Below, piece after piece: positions 1-13,360 of a DNA stretch of 64,000 nt (position 1 is its first letter; each line of letters starts with the position of its first letter). Location of the stretch: NCBI RefSeq assembly GCF_024521635.1, contig NW_026250403.1, positions 682,001 to 746,000 of the forward strand, read 5' to 3'. The position numbers and the translations under genes are program-made. Under the pieces are notes generated by a model. The model was given only the letters and a program-made list of their open reading frames with translations. It searched no databases and had not been told where the DNA came from. The stretch comes from Tricharina praecox. Its lineage: Eukaryota.

Positions 1-926
1 ATCAATATGGCGTTTAGGAAAATGTGGTATCCCGAGTGGGAGTATGGCCTGGCGCTATAGAATAAGGTATTCAAACGAGTTGCGAGATCATCCGACCGGA
101 TAGGGGCGAACTATACTCGGGTCCATTTATGCGTGTGTGTATGTGTTTAATGTAATTGCTTTCTGTACTTTTGCGGGTGGATTGGGTCGGTGGCTGTTGT
201 ACGTAATGAGTACCTATTGGCTGTCCATTCAGAGAAAGCGCTGTATGGGATAAAGAATGATTGGGGTCGTAACGTTTGATTTCCGAGCACATGTTTGGCC
301 GAAGACCCGGTCGGAGCAGTGCCGTAGAGTAGGTTTAGTCGTATTCAATTGTGCTTAACCAGATACCTATCAGCTCTTCAAACGGTACGTGATGGCATCT
401 ACCTATGCGGGATCCCAAACTGCGGATTGCACCTGTGAGATACCTCTCTCGGCCTCGGTGCACATGCCAACTTTCAACTACCTTTGGTTTATTTAACCGA
501 TTCGACTCATGGCTCTTCATGTCTCAGACAAGGCCGTGCTCTGCAGCTGTAATTCCCTCCATCCGAGGTTCGTATGTGGTCCGTCTAGCAAACTTGGCCA
601 ATATCCTGTAAGAAGCGAGTCGGTTGTCCGTTCTGGGCCGGACGAATGATGGAATATGATGGCCTGTTGAACCGAGGGGTCGACGGCAAAGGCCAACGGT
701 GGCGATTATTTTTTTGATAGCTCACAGCCGTATCAGATTTACTTTTTCGGCAAAAGGCTCTTTTTATTTCAAAGACTATGAGTAATGTTTTTTGTGTGAT
801 GGGGGGCGACTTCCGTCTTGTGTAACCTCCTTCGGGCATCGCATCACTGTGCATCCGTGAGGTCATCCGATGCCCAGATGTTCTATGTAACGACATCTCA
901 AGCTCCCACCACCAACTGCCTTCTCA

Positions 927-2764
927 ATGGCTGCTGCATCGCGCTTGCCATTCCCCACGCTTCGAAGCGCCCTGTCGCTTGCAACCCGGTACGTATATTG
1001 TCTTTCTGTCTCTCTGTCTCCGTGAATGAAAATCGTTAACGTAGAGTGGGGTGGGGCGAGCACAGATCAAGCTCACTCGTGGTGTCTCCGGCTACATATC
1101 GGTCGACGTCCGCAGCTTATTTCCGGAAAGTTCCCGCACGGTACATCAGCGTTAGTTCTGTCGCAAACCTGGAGTATTTCCATACAGATCGAACCCGTCC
1201 CGCTAACAGCACGCCGCAGGCAAAGGCTGCTGCCGTGCCCGATCCTGACCTACAAAGCCCAACGCGAACCTACAACGTTAACAAGGCAGATGCGCGACCG
1301 GTTCTCTCGGTACATCATGAGATCTCGTTTGATGACAGGAAGGTTCTAGTACCGTGGGAGGAGGGCAAAACTTCATACTTGTTGGACACCTGTCTTGCAC
1401 GAGGATGGGGGCATGCGTTGACCGAGGTTATTTAGTCAACACCTGTGGCTACGCGACCATTGCCAGTGTCCCGAATGTAGGCATCCCGAAACCATGCAGC
1501 GAATCGTCGATACATTCAGCGTGAGATGGTCTTGTCTTGAGTTCTCCAGTTTCCCGATCCTAACCGGTTGTAGATACCAAAGAATATCAAGCCGGCAGAG
1601 CTGAAGGCATCCGAGTCGGGTCTCGAGGTTAAATGTATGTGGGCCGTTGATTTCAAGGAGGATATTGCTAAGCATTGCTTCAGGGAGGGATGGCCATGTC
1701 AGCTCCTTCGAGTGGAAGTGGTTGCACTTGCACTCCTACAGCCCACGCCTGGAGAAATACCTTTCACCTCAGTGAGTCGCTGTTCTACTCTGGTTTGCCT
1801 ATGGGTCTCTAACTAGCCAGATTCCATTTCTGGGGATCCGAGATTGGGACAAATCCTCCCGAGATTAAGTACGATGATGTGATGGGATCGGACGAAGGTG
1901 CCGCACTGTGGGTGTCGAAGATTGTACGCATCCTACCACTGTGATGGCTCTTTGGTACTAACTGGGAAACGTTAGTTCAAATACGGCTTTTGTTACGTTG
2001 ATGGTGTGCCAGTTACTCCGGAGGCTACTAAAGCTCTCGTGGAACGAATAGCTTTCATCCGGGAGACACATTATGGTGGATTCTGGGACTTCACAGCGGA
2101 TTTGTCGAAAAAGGACACGGCATACACGAATCTGGGCCTCGGCGTTCATACCGATACTACTTACTTCAGTGATCCCGCTGGTCTCCAGCTCTTTCACCTT
2201 CTGGAGCATTCGGACGGCAATGGAGGACAGAGCCTTTTGGTGGACGGATTTCGAGCTGCCAAGTTGCTCCGGGACCAAGATCCTCAGGCTTACAAAACCC
2301 TCTCAAACGTCCGTGTACCCAGTCATGCATCTGGAAATGCCGACTCCAGCATCCAGCCATATGCACCTTTCCCTGTGTTGAACCACCATCCGGTGAACGG
2401 AGAGCTCATTCAGATACGATGGAACAACGACGACAGGGCTACTATGGATCGCTGGGGGGATCTGGGTGATGTGGACGCGTTTTACGATGCAGCTAGAGCA
2501 TGGAACAACATACTGAAAGATCAGGCCAACGAATATCGAGAGCAGCTGCAGCCTGGACGCGCATTAATATTCGACAACTGGAGAGTTTTGCACGGGAGAA
2601 CTGCGTTCACCGGAAAACGTAGGATGTGTGGAGGTATGTTCGCCTTCGGTTTTCCGCCAGTGTGGTCCTGACCTTTGGAACTAGCATACGTCAACATGGA
2701 CGATTACAAGTCTCGGTTCAGGGCGCTGTGTACTGGTCGGAAGGAACTGATGATGTCTCTTTGA
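927..2764 (+). CDS. TMLHE: Trimethyllysine dioxygenase (TMLD; TauD/GBBH-family 2OG-Fe(II) oxygenase, carnitine biosynthesis), 7 introns
   Basis: The spliced ORF starts MAAASRLPFPTLRSALSLATR, which resembles a mitochondrial presequence (intron 989-1065). It contains the N-terminal Zn motif LWLRDHCQC..C, the Fe ligands in GVHTDTTYF and FDNWRVLHGR, and ends ELMMSL at TGA 2762-2764. Confidence 0.93.
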
Positions 2765-3395
2765 GAAGCGGGACCTTTGTATAACTATAATCGGTACATA
2801 TCTGACAGTTACCAGAAGCTCCGATACCGACTCGTGCATCATCATTTTCAAATTTATGGCACAATTTGATTCTTCATTTCGCATTGTAAATACCTACTAA
2901 AGAACATTACTGTAAAGTATACGAATGCTATGAATGAGAGAAAACTTCCGGTCGAATGAATTGTATGTGTATTCGGCCATCTTCAGTCCTTGCCTTTCTT
3001 TGTTACATTGTATTTTACCTACCCGGGGCGCTTGGCGCGGTACATAGCCGCCATCATGCGGCTGAGTTGCCACACAGAAGAACATGTCAGAAAAAAAAGA
3101 CGCCAGAAAAGAGCCCCTCCTCTCACCCCAACGAGTCAGTCATCGCCGGCACCCCACCACCCGCTATCCTCAAGGTTTCAATCCTTTCATTTCGACACCA
3201 TCTTGTCTTGACTCCTACAAAAGGTAATCACTTTTAAGATCCTTCTCTGGCAACAGAGAATCAGTCTTCCCTCTTTATAGCAAACCTGACAAAGCTGACC
3301 CCACCACAGTCACACACCAGTAATCTCCTCGCAAACGCCCAACGACCAAACAACCCCACCGAAACAACTTAAGAACACAAAAACCTAATACAATC

Positions 3396-5119
3396 ATGGC
3401 GTCGAACGGTGAAATGGACAAGCTTGGCAACAACATCGCCGGCGAGGAGGGGGCAGTGGCGGCGACGGCGGCAGAGCACACCGACAAGTTCGGCAATGAC
3501 GTCTCGGACTCTGAGTCTGAGCCCGGTTCCCCAGACCTCGAGCCCCAATCCGACGACGACCTCGAGAACATCCCCAAAGAGCTGAAATCGTCGCTCAAGA
3601 AGCCGTCGATGCACGAGGCTGCGGCGCAGAAACCATTCCTCCCCGAGCAGCCCGATGCTGTTAGCCTCGATCTCACCGAGCTAAACCCTTTGACCCCCCA
3701 CATCATTGCGCGCCAGGCGACCATCAACATCGGTACCATCGGACATGTGGCCCACGGAAAGAGTACCGTGGTCAAGGCTATCTCGGGGGTCCAGACCGTC
3801 CGGTTCAAGACTGAGTTGGAGCGGAATATTACTATCAAGTTGGGATATGCGAACGCGAAGATCTACAAGTGCGACAACCCCGAGTGCCCCCGGCCTGGTA
3901 ACTACAGGAGTTACAAGAGTGACAAGGAGATCGACCCGGAGTGTGAGCGTGATGGATGCGGTGGACGTTACCAGCTGTTGCGACATGTTTCGTGAGTATA
4001 AAAATCCCGTGAAACTATGTCGCTTCGGCCACTGACTTTCTCAGTTTCGTCGACTGCCCTGGTCACGACATTCTCATGAGCACCATGTTGTCTGGCGCCG
4101 CCGTCATGGACGCTGCGCTTCTACTGATTGCCGGAAACGAAACTTGCCCTCAGCCCCAAACCTCGGAGCATCTTGCCGCCATCGAGATCATGAAGTTGAA
4201 CCACATCATCATTCTTCAGAACAAGGTCGACCTGATGCGTGAGGCCACCGCCGAGGAGCACTACCAGTCCATCTTGAAGTTCATCCGAGGAACTGTTGCC
4301 GACGGATCGCCCATTATCCCGATCTCCGCGCAGCTCAAGTACAACATCGACGCCATCAACGAGGCCCTCGTCAACAAGATCCCCGTTCCCTTGAGAGACT
4401 TCACTGCCACCCCTCACATGATCGTCATCCGATCTTTCGATGTCAACAAGCCTGGTGCCGAAATTGAGGACCTGAAGGGAGGTGTTGCTGGAGGTTCCAT
4501 CCTCACTGGTGTTCTGAAGCTGGGTGATGAGATTGAGATCCGGCCTGGTATTGTGACGAGGACTGAGGAGGGTAGAATCCGCTGCAAGCCCATCTTCAGC
4601 AGAATTGTGTCTCTGTTTGCCGAGACCAATGACCTGAAGTTCGCCGTCCCTGGTGGTCTTATTGGTTTGTTCCCTCCAAAGGCTCAATTCTATGAGTAGC
4701 TCTAATGTATCATGCTAGGTGTTGGTACCCGTGTCGACCCCACTCTCTGCCGTGCCGATCGTCTGGTCGGTCACGTCCTCGGACTCAAGGGCGAGCTTCC
4801 TAACATCTACACCGACCTGGAAGTCAACTTCTTCCTGCTCCGCCGTCTCCTCGGTGTCAAGACCGCCGACGGAAAGCAGGCCAAGGTCGCCAAGCTTTCC
4901 AAGAATGAGGTTCTCATGGTCAATATCGGATCGACTGCCACAGGTGCCAAGGTTGTTGCGGCCAAGGCCGATGTTGCTAAGCTCCAGTTGACCAGTCCCG
5001 CTTGTACCAAGGAGGGAGAGAAGATTGCTCTGTCCCGAAGAATCGAGAAGCACTGGCGGTTGATCGGTTGGGCCACTATTGTGCGGTCTGGAAGCGCTTT
5101 AGATCCAATGGAGAACTAG
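3396..5119 (+). CDS. GCD11: Translation initiation factor eIF2 gamma subunit (exons 3396-3991, 4045-4664, 4719-5119)
   Basis: Motifs [39 protein letters not shown] and [15 protein letters not shown]. The exons sum to 1617 nt in frame. Confidence 0.97.
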
Positions 5120-5592
5120 AATTGATTTTTTTTTTCTTCGTTTCTTTGCGGTTTTCTTTGGGGGAAAGGTCTTGGTTAAAGTACACGGCTTGTTTTGCGA
5201 ACGGGTTATGGTACAAGGGGAGGGTCGATTGGTTCTTTTCGTAAGTTGAGATCGGTTGATTTTTACAAAATGGTACACATGCTCAGATGTTGAATGCGAG
5301 ATATGAATACACTACGAGCGACGATCAAAAGGTATCTTCATACGCCGCAATATCAAATCGATTGAATGTGAGGATTGTCTTGGTCCACAAGAAACACTCT
5401 ACGGCTGCGCTCCATGTCACTGGCCATAAGAACACATTACTACGCCATTCGCGTTCGTTACCCACCTGTCTAAGTATGGAAGGGGATCATGGTTCGGTGG
5501 TCGTAGATTCGTCGGTTCGTTGAAAGAAGAAAAAGAAGTATGGTAACCACGACTCGCTCCCTCGCTCGCCGCTACATCCAAGAAAACACCCT

Positions 5593-6314
5593 TTATATCG
5601 GCTTGATCTATGCACCCACCAAGTGCGCAACGCCCGCGCAAACTACCGGTTAACTTTCTATTCCTTGAGCAACAGATTGATGTATCTCTTACCTTGAAGT
5701 GCAGCGCTATCAGCGAGAATACGAGCGCCTTAAGGTCCTGCACAAGGTAGTAGAACACGCGCAGGCCCTCCGGGTCATCACTCTCTTGAACGTCGACGAG
5801 AGATCCGATCTTAGCGGTCTCGAAGGAAATGTGTTCATTGCCCATTCGGATCTCGAGTTCTTGACGTCCGTCCTTGTTCTTCGGTGGCCATTTTCCGTCG
5901 TCTTCCCTATATTCCTCGGGTGTTTAGAATCGGTTTGGGAGGGGGGAGAGAGAGGGGATGGACTTCATGATCTCCGAATCTTTGATTACACGCTTGATTT
6001 CTTTGATCATCAGGCTGCTGACGCACACTAGGCCCTTTGAGTCAGTGAGGTTTCCGAGGGGGAGGAGGAGGTGGACTCACTCTCTTTGCGGATCAACGAG
6101 TCATTGCGGTAGTTCGAGTTGTTGGCGTAACGGGCCATTGCGCTGCGACCATCACCGAGGACACGGAAATCGAACTCTGCGTTGGATATGTGAGCTGTCT
6201 GCTACCTTCGAGATTGACAGGACGAGGAAATGGCGTACCGAGAAACTCGTGTCCGAAACGTCCATTGTGTCCCGAGTAGTACCGGAGGTAAAATTGCTCG
6301 TTTTCACCCGACAT
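5593..6314 (-). CDS. mago: Mago nashi, exon junction complex core subunit, 4 introns
   Basis: Spliced translation [30 protein letters not shown]...[16 protein letters not shown]...[24 protein letters not shown]...ALHFKIKPI*. Confidence 0.96.
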
Positions 6315-6912
6315 CGTAGTGGATTTTGGCGTTTGATGGTGGTTGGCGAAGCAGGAAGGTTGCGGTGGACGCGATGTGGTGGACAGTTCCACTGCAGGTG
6401 GGGCGCGAGGCTGGCTTGGCTGCTGTGGTTCGCTCTGCAACATTCACTGACGGACTTGAATCATGTGACCGTGTACTGTTTCAGCCACAAATCCGCCACA
6501 GCTGTGCCCTGAGCCACATATTCTCCGCCTACCGCCGGTCCGCTGCACGAAAAGCGGCATTCCCCTGTGTATCGGGCTTTGAATCGCTAATCGTTGCCAG
6601 TGGTGAAGCCACCCCCAAAACCCTGTTCACCCTACCAAAACACTTTCGACCTAGACGTCGCGCAATCACACCTCTAACACCTCCACCTCCACCACTACCA
6701 CCACCACCACAACAAAAAATTCAACAGGACTCATCTATTCTCCTCCTACGCATCGACACCTTCGCCCTAGGATCTAAGTAACGTTGCCACCATCGATTCC
6801 GACGCACTCTACTACCAGCCTTCCTCCCTCACCTCAGGCGAGGCGGAACACGCGGGTCTAGAGTAACCTAACACCATCCGACTACCCGCCCCTACGTCAC
6901 AAAAACCCGTGT

Positions 6913-8259
6913 ATGCCGGCCACCGACCTCCTCCCCTCTTCCGCCAGTGTCTCTACGACCTCCTCGACCCCCTCCTCGACCACGTTATCGTCATCACTTC
7001 CGGCAAAACCCCGATTAGGGATCTCGCAGCTACCGACACCGCCTCCAGCGCGCGGCGACAAGATGGGCGATGAGGTAACGCCTTCGGTGACCGAGTGGGA
7101 ATCGCAATGGCTCTTCGCGGAGGAGGAGCTCCTGCAGACTCCGTCGGTGCTGGACGGAATCTCTCCCGAGTCGGAACGCGAAATGCGATCAAAGGGCTGC
7201 AACTTCATCACGCAGCTCGGAATTCAGTTGAAGCTTCCACAGCTTACTCTGGCGACGGCGTCAACGTATCTACACCGCTTCTATATGCAGAACTCGTTGA
7301 AAAAACATCACTATTATGTACGTTCCTTAGTGGTTTGTTGGAGTGTGGGGTGCAGATTCTCCCCGGGAAAGGAGAGCATAGGCTGATTACCGGATCCGCA
7401 GGAGACGGCGGCAACTTCGCTATTTCTCGCGACAAAGGTTGAAGAGAACATGCGCAAATTCGGCGAGATCGTGGCGGCATGCGTGCGCGCTGCACAAAAG
7501 AACCTCAAGATGGAGGTACACCGCGACGACAAAGAATTCTGGCGCTGGAAAGACTGCATCCTCAGCAAGGAGGAGTACCTTTTAGAATCGATCTGCTTTG
7601 ACGTCACGGTCGAGGTTCCCTACAATCATCTTCTCGACTACACCCACCTGCTCGGCGTGCAGACACGGCAGCTAATACGGACCGCGTGGACGTTCCTTAA
7701 CGATGCAACGTTGACAATGCTGTGCATCCTATATCCGCCCAAGACTATTGCTGCAGCAGCCCTCTACTGCGCGGCGAAGCACTGCAATGTCGAGTTCCCG
7801 GACCAGGATGACAAGCCGTGGTGGGAGATCATTGGCGTCAAGATCAAAGATATCAAGAAGTGCTGCAACTACATGGCATTGGTTTATGAGTATGCTAATT
7901 CCAATGGTCTTTCCTTCTTCCATTCCTCGATTGCTCACGAGCAAAGCAGAAATAATCCTCTCAGGGGCGATGACCGGCCCAAGTACGTCACGACCCCTGA
8001 GGGCGGTCCAGAAACGACAAAGACAAGACAGAGAGCCTACGGCACTGCATCGCCTCTGCCGGAGAAGCGCTCGCGGGACCCCTCCGGCGACGCCCCGGAC
8101 TCCGAGAGCGATCGCAAACGACCCCGAGTGGAAGAGGTGCGGAACGGCGGAGATCCTCCATCCGCTAGTCGGCCGAAAGAGGAGCCTGCCGCTGCCACCA
8201 CCGAGAACCAGCCGGCCAATGACAACCCCGATCTTGAGGAGGGGGAGGTGGATGACTGA
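6913..8259 (+). CDS. Transcriptional cyclin (cyclin T/K; Pch1/Bur2-like), introns 7318-7401 and 7890-7949
   Basis: Cyclin-box motifs QWLFAEEELLQTPS, LKLPQLTLATASTYLHRFYM, LFLATKVEEN and EEYLLESICFD, followed by a charged C-terminal tail. Confidence 0.9.
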
Positions 8260-9117
8260 GGTCGTCCTATCAAGTCCAACGAGTGGGCAGCTTTTCTTAC
8301 TGGGATGTGTACATTGGAGGAGGACGAGTGTACGGGGCGTTCCTTGACTTGTATCATCAACTTTCCTTCCTTCTCCAGTTGTCTTCTTCTTTCATCAGTT
8401 GTTTCCGTCCCTCAGTTGTTTTCTTCAATTTCCGCCTTCTTTCATCTACCCCCCTGTTTTTTTGTCGCGCCCGAACCCACCAGGAGAGAGCTTCTCACAC
8501 AAGTGGCGAGCCTTTGTTCCTTTCTTCTTTTCTTTCTGTTTCCACTAGACTGTTTTCCTCACCAAGGGTGCTTTTTCTATCTATTTTACCATAGGGGCGG
8601 ACTGCGTTTTGGGTGCTTTTTACCGGACGGCGTTTTTTCCTTTGCATATTTCTTATCACCAAATCCATTTTTCCTTTTTGCCTGTTTGGACACATTTGCT
8701 TCTTCATTTTGAGGCTGAGCCTGGCCGCCGATCGCGTTCGGCGATCGAGTCGATGGCCACATGTGGATGGGCTGGTTGGATGGTTGGATGGTTGGATGCA
8801 CGCGATCAGACTTCCTCAAGGCGTGATTTTGTATATATCGCGAGGAGTAGAAAGAGAAGGTGAGCGATGAAATTGCGTGCATCTCCTTTTGAAGGGATGG
8901 TCTGGTTGTTCTGTTTACTTTAGGGGGCGTAATGGCTGCTGCTATGGCTCCGGGTGGGGAGGCCGTGGGACCAATGGAATTTTCAACGAGTGAGAATGTG
9001 AATGGCTGTCATCGGTGATCACTCCGTTCCACTGTGAAATCGGCTCAATATGAACAAAAGAAACGCCTCTCGACGCTCGATTCTACGACCTGTCTACTCT
9101 ATTCTAACATGTCTATC

Positions 9118-10344
9118 CTAACACTTCCCTACGTCCATCCCATGCAAGAAATCAAAGGCCACCACCAGCCCCTTCAGATGCGCCACCGCAGCCGCGACCA
9201 CAAAACAGTGAAAAACCTGATGGCTCGCGCCCACGAGATCAAACCGTCCCGGCGCCCACCTCTCGGGCACCCTGGCCGCATAGATCCCGGCGCCGAGGAT
9301 ATACATGGCGCCCTCGGTGAGCACCCAGCGCAAGCCGATCCTCGCATCCAGTGCCATGAAACCACCATACAGCTGCATTCCGTGCACCACGGGGATCACG
9401 CCGGAGACGCCGAGGAGCACGAACATCCCCGCGCGGAAGGGGCGGTAGGCGGGCGTGCGGAAGCGCGACATCAGTGTCACAGCCGTGCACGCCGCGCCCA
9501 GGAGCAGCATCATAATCGAGTAGCCACGCCCGAGGGACGGGTGGCATTGGTGGAAGCCGTAGTGCACCGTTGGGAGGTAGCTGCCCACTATGAGGATTAT
9601 TATGCCGAGGTAGTCGAGTTGGTTCCCGAACTTGGCGATGCGGTGAGAGTGGTTGGAGATGGTGTGGTAGGTTGCAGACAGCCCCAGGCAGGTGACGGCT
9701 GATAGCAGGAAGACGCTGGATGCGGTGATGTCGGATGATGTGGCGGTTGGATAGCGGTGCAGGAGCTGCGGGATCTGCGGGAGGAGAGCGAGGAAGAGAG
9801 CGGCACCGAGGAGGTGGGTGTAGATATTTACTGGTTGGCGTTAGTATTGTACCAAGAGTAGGAGGAGAGACGTACTGGATTCGTTGTGGAAATAGAATAG
9901 AGATCTGAAACATTTCATGAAGGATTCTGTAGCTGGTCTGGATTGGTTTTTTCAGCAATCCCTCTTCTTCTTTCCTCCTTCGTCCGGAGGGAGTAACTAT
10001 TACCGATATCCGGAGAGAATGAAATGGTTATCACTTTTGCTCTCGTCAACATCATTTCCATGCACCTGTAGCATCTGATATCACTAACCGTTGCCATTGC
10101 TCTACAAACCATTATCAGCCACAGTCCGGCGTGGATACCTATCGGACTCGGGGGTGACATACGTAAATCATCCCACATGCAGGTGAGGGCACGCTCGAAT
10201 TTCTTTTCGACTCTATGGATCGCCTGAGAGAGAGGGTCAGCACTCCGGTATGTTCCGTGGGGAAGAGACGATGCTCACATCAACAGCCTTCTTTCCCGCC
10301 GATGGATTTGGCTCCGGCTGTGGTTTCCTCTGTCTGGTCGCCAT
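9118..10344 (-). CDS. PAQR / hemolysin-III family membrane receptor (IZH/adiponectin-receptor-like), 5 introns including a 13-nt micro-exon (10089-10101)
   Basis: Spliced translation gives WDDLQQWQRDNHFILSGYR, HNESINIYTH, SATYH, LDYLGI and ARVPERWAPGRFDLVGASHQVFH, the PAQR motifs. Confidence 0.92.
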
Positions 10345-10690
10345 CTTTCTTTTTTCTTTTCTTCTCTGTATCTTCCTGAAGAATGTGTTGTGTACTTAGG
10401 TAGATCCAGACGAAAAGTCTCAAAAAACCCTGGCCTTATACACGCACACGTACGAGATCTATCTGGCCTGTGGTGAACGTTGGGACCGCGGTAAATCCCA
10501 GCAATCCTTGTCCATGGGGAGATCTTCTCAAAGTGTTGAGGTCGGTCGGAATAAGCGCGGTCCTCCTCCCGGCCCGATGCGCGTATATATACTCTAGCTA
10601 TCCAGGGTGCACGTGAAACGAAACGCCCAGCTTGTGTCACGACCATCACATCCTCCCCACTTCCCCACCGTCTACATACGATCACGAAGA

Positions 10691-11984
10691 ATGGGCGACA
10701 ACCAGCAACGCGGGCGAGGGAAGGGGAGCGGTGTGCGGCAGAGCAGCTTCAACTGGCGGTCCGATAGGAGTTCTACTTCCGACGCGAAGAAGCTCGAACG
10801 GCTCGAACGGTTTGGGTCCGAGGGGGGCGGGAATGTGCTGAGGACTTCGAGCTGGAGGAGGCAGGACAAGGGACAGGAGCCCAGTCACATCGAAGATGTG
10901 GCTGACTTTGGGTTCGTGAGCAAGGGTATTCTACTGCTCTACTCATTGAGGGGGACTACGATGGGTGCTAATGGGCTGGGAGGACAGGTGATGAAAGGTC
11001 CGTTGTTGTCGTCGCTTCGTTCGCCGACAGCTTCTTTGCTGCCGCCACTTACTGACTGAAGCAAAGACTGAAGGACCATCGCAATCAGGAGCTGTATTTT
11101 CCCCTGCAGTCGCCATTGCTCCCACTACTTCTGCTGACAATGGGGCTAGATACCACAAGCACATTACGAGAAAGTACCTCGAATTCTGCGGGACGAGCGG
11201 CAGCTCCGACCAGCTCGAGAGCGATTTTGCCGCCCTTGCGATCACCCCACTGAACAACCCACGGTCGACGGCGCGGCCGCCCGGCAGCAAGAACACCGTC
11301 TACAACGACACGCGCAATGCCGAGCTCTCCTCGATCCTGCTCGGGATGCGCAAGCTCCGCGAGGGTATCACGGCTGCGCGCCGCACCGACAAATTCGCCG
11401 TCGAGGTGTTCAAGCAGCACATCCGCGCGGCGATCCTGGTGCAGCAGATCGACAACTACCACGCGGCACTGCTCTACCTGCTCTACAACCTGCACACAGC
11501 AAATCCCCTACCGAACCTCGACGTGCAGGAGTTTGCATCGTACCACATGCTCCACCTCGCCGCACACCTCGAGGAATACGGCGCCGCGCTCGCCGTCAAG
11601 AATGAGTTCCGTGTCGTCGACAGACGGGCGCTGCAAGCTGTGCATGCCATCATCCACGGCAACTATTGGTCGTACCGCGCGGCCAGGAATAGAGTCGATC
11701 AGTACATGGGGAGACTGATCGACTACGCCGAGGACCGCATGCGCAAGCTCATGCTGAAATCTATCGGCGCAACGTACTTTACCGTCGATCTCCCGTATCT
11801 CGAGGTGGTTAGTGGGCTGCCGTGGAAGCGATTGAGGGAGGAGTATGGGGTGGGTTGGGAGCTTAATGGTGCTACCAAGACGGTGACGGTGAGGAGGCCA
11901 AAGATGAAGTCCAGCCCCGCACCGGTCGAACAGGTGGTGGTCGAGACCAAGCCCTTCGGTTGGCATGACGAGAGGATGGAGTGA
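10691..11984 (+). CDS. Conserved fungal PCI-like protein (CSN8/PSMD8/eIF3K- or SAC3-related), 3 introns including a 10-nt micro-exon (10988-10997)
   Basis: Spliced ORF ...GFVSKGDERLKDHRNQELYHKHITRKYLEFC...GMRKLREGITAARRTDKFA...HGNYWSY...IGATYFTVD, a helical-repeat plus winged-helix pattern. The family call is from recall of similar fungal proteins. Confidence 0.7.
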
Positions 11985-12825
11985 CGATGGGGATTAAAGG
12001 GTAGACGTGTTGTTGTTGCTTGCTTGCTGATGTCGCTGCTTCCGGGGGAACATCTCATTTTCATCGCGTGTTGTGGGGGTTTCTTTCATTACTTAGGGGG
12101 AGCATTGTCACGCGCCGGAATTTGTACTCTGCCGTACTTTACTATCAGTCTCTTGATAGACTGTATTCATTGCGTGTCAAGCAAGGTGTTCGTCCGTCAC
12201 TGTGAACGGAAGGGAGAAAAAAAGGCCGCAACACGCCGGCCAGTCCGTCAAAACATATTCGTCGTCAACTGCGGTAGAGTGCTCGTCCAATGGAATGGAG
12301 CACGGTGTCTCCACTCTCCCCTCTCCTCCCCCTCTCCCCCCGTCGGCCTCGCCTCCAAACAATCAAAAAATGGCGCAGATTTTGAACACGTCCGTCATCC
12401 GGCCCCGCAGTGACGATACCGGATGCCGATAAAGAAAGAAAAGAAAAGAGCCACAGAAACGGTTTTGATTAAGTCCAGCCCCTCTCTCTGTTATTTCCCC
12501 CTCGCAGTAGAGTGTGTAGTGTAGTATGCACAACACACACACACAGCAGTTCGAAAAGAAAAAAGAAAAGAAAAGAAAAACGTCGGTAAAGCAAAAAGAT
12601 AACACCCCGCTCGCAACGAAGGAGAGGTAATCGCTTGTTTGGTATTCGCCAGTTTCGCACCTTGATCTCCACTTCTCTCTCTCCTCTCTAACAAGAACAT
12701 GCAGCAGCAAAAAGGGTTGAGTGTATGTATGGACCTTTTTCATCCCATGCGCGAAAAAATTCTAATTCGACCCGCCGCCGCTCGCTCGCTCAAAGCATTC
12801 GGCTCGCGCCCGAGGATTAGCTGGC

Positions 12826-13360
12826 CTATTTCTTGCCCGACTTCTTGATTCCGCCACCGCCCTGTTCATCCAATCGTCAACGCCGAGCGCGAGGGAGAGA
12901 GGGGCAAGTGAGGGGAAGAGGTAAGTCGGGGGGTAAGTCGGAGGGGAGGGGGGAGGGGGGTAAATTACGAGAGGACCCTTCTTGGTAGCCTGTTCAGCGA
13001 GAGCCTTGCGCTCAGCAGCCTCTGCGTAGCGAAAAAAAAACAACCTCGCCATTAGCCTCCAGTCTCAAATCTTCGGACGAACGAACGACCACAAAGTGGA
13101 AGTTCAGCGAATGGTTATTATACCCTTCTTCTGCTTCTCCTTAAACTCCTTGTCCTCGTCGTCGAGCTCCTTCTTGTCCTTCTTGGGAGCCTTGAGGGGC
13201 TTGGCCTTTCCACCTGTATCATTTATCACCCCGCAGTGTTCGAGTCAGCCGACGCTTCTTCATCCTCTTCCTCCCGCCCCTCCTCCGCGCTCCTTCGCGC
13301 GCGCGCGGACGGACGGCGGTGGCGGACTGCGGACTCGGACTTGCCTTGACGTCCAGACAT
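12826..13360 (-). CDS. TMA7: Translation machinery-associated protein 7 (exons 13360-13345, 13213-13124, 13021-12969, 12861-12826)
   Basis: Absent from the ORF track. The spliced product is [64 protein letters not shown]. Intron 1 has a GC donor. Confidence 0.95.

Noticed and set aside
12370-12432. 20-codon ORF MAQILNTSVIRPRSDDTGCR with strong start context (pheromone-like?)
   Set aside because: No CAAX end or repeats, and it lies between convergent 3' UTRs.
3396-13360. Apparent cluster of gene-expression genes (eIF2-gamma, mago, cyclin, PCI protein, TMA7)
   Set aside because: Ordinary housekeeping neighbourhood with mixed orientations and no shared motif seen.
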